64,000 nt of DNA from contig OZ249436.1 in assembly GCA_965235115.1 (NCBI GenBank), positions 16,618,001 to 16,682,000 of the forward strand, written 5' to 3'. Under the pieces are notes generated by a model. The model had not been told where the DNA came from, ran no database searches, and saw nothing but the letters and a program-made list of their open reading frames with translations. Positions 63,187 to 64,000 of the stretch are shown one piece after another; position 1 is the first letter of the stretch, and the number at the start of each line of letters is the position of its first letter. This stretch comes from Laetmonice hystrix. Its lineage: Eukaryota. Both the position numbers and the translations under genes were made by a program.

Positions 63187-64000
63187 CTTTCAGCATCACA
63201 ATACATAACTTCAGTTTGTGGTAGAGAGAAAGCCAGTTCGCATCCATCATTTCGTGAAGGGTTATATGGGTTGTGAAAGGTTATATGGAAAACTAGGGGC
63301 AAATATGAAATGGAATGAACAGTGGTGGAGCTGTTACATTTGTACATAAACGCGCATAGGTGATTTGTACATAGTGGAAATAAAAAGTTCAAAAATGTAT
63401 TATGCCTTAAGTATTTTAGTATTTAAAATGTATTATGTTGTAAGTATTTAGTTTTTAAAAGAAAATATTGATGGCGTGGATCCAGCCCAAAAATCCGTCG
63501 GAATTTCGTTTTAAGCGGGAGACGCCTTAATGTGTCAGTCGGCCACTAGGCGGCTCTCCCTACTAGATTTAGCACATGGTAATCTGTGGATTTAGTTATG
63601 ATGTCCGTCAACTGCCGCTAGAGTGCTGTCTAGTGGGGTGGTTCCAAAACAGCCTCTATGAGTAGACTCTGGGAGGCACACTTGTAATTCCCACACCTGG
63701 AGAAAATGATCAAACAGTGTCATTGTGTGTGCCGGGGGGGGGGGGGGGGTGAGTATGTACACGTATTTGGCAGGAGTCTAATAGGGGTTCATACTTAGGC
63801 GCTGTATTATTGGGCCTTTTGTTTTGCGACTCACTGACATGTGAAAAAATGCAACCCAGATAGCACACAGGCTGTCACAGCCAATGGCCCACTGTTGGGC
63901 CACCCATCCAAGCAGCGGCAGCCGTTGGTGGCCCACTGGTGGCGTGACCAGCTGGTATGGCGTGACCAGCTGGTAGCCTTTGGCCTATCTACACCGGTGG

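Overview
Eukaryotic (metazoan, probably marine invertebrate; taxon not determinable) genomic DNA with four spliced genes. These are the 5' part of a TMEM184A/B-like gene (- strand, running off the left edge), a complete 45-coding-exon INTS1 (+), a complete EME1 (-) and a complete MRPL27 (+). TMEM184/INTS1 and EME1/MRPL27 are divergent pairs whose linkage is also seen in human. The main novelty is a 17.1-kb DNA-transposon-like element (13657-30777) with 77-bp TIRs (1 mismatch) and a perfect 9-bp TSD (ATGAAGGGA), ending 67 bp before the INTS1 ATG. I found no transposase in it. It carries about 58 tandem 80-bp copies of its own terminus, in two mirror-image arrays that point opposite to the nearest real TIR. 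It also holds nested MITEs, a hAT-like insert, a LINE fragment and a dense set of TAGGCCTA/TAGATCTA palindromes; paralog comparison within the window shows some of these are insertions at TA sites (putative excision footprints). Introns contain many minisatellites, several seeded on splice donors. All exon coordinates and counts were derived by hand and need confirmation with RNA-seq and alignment.
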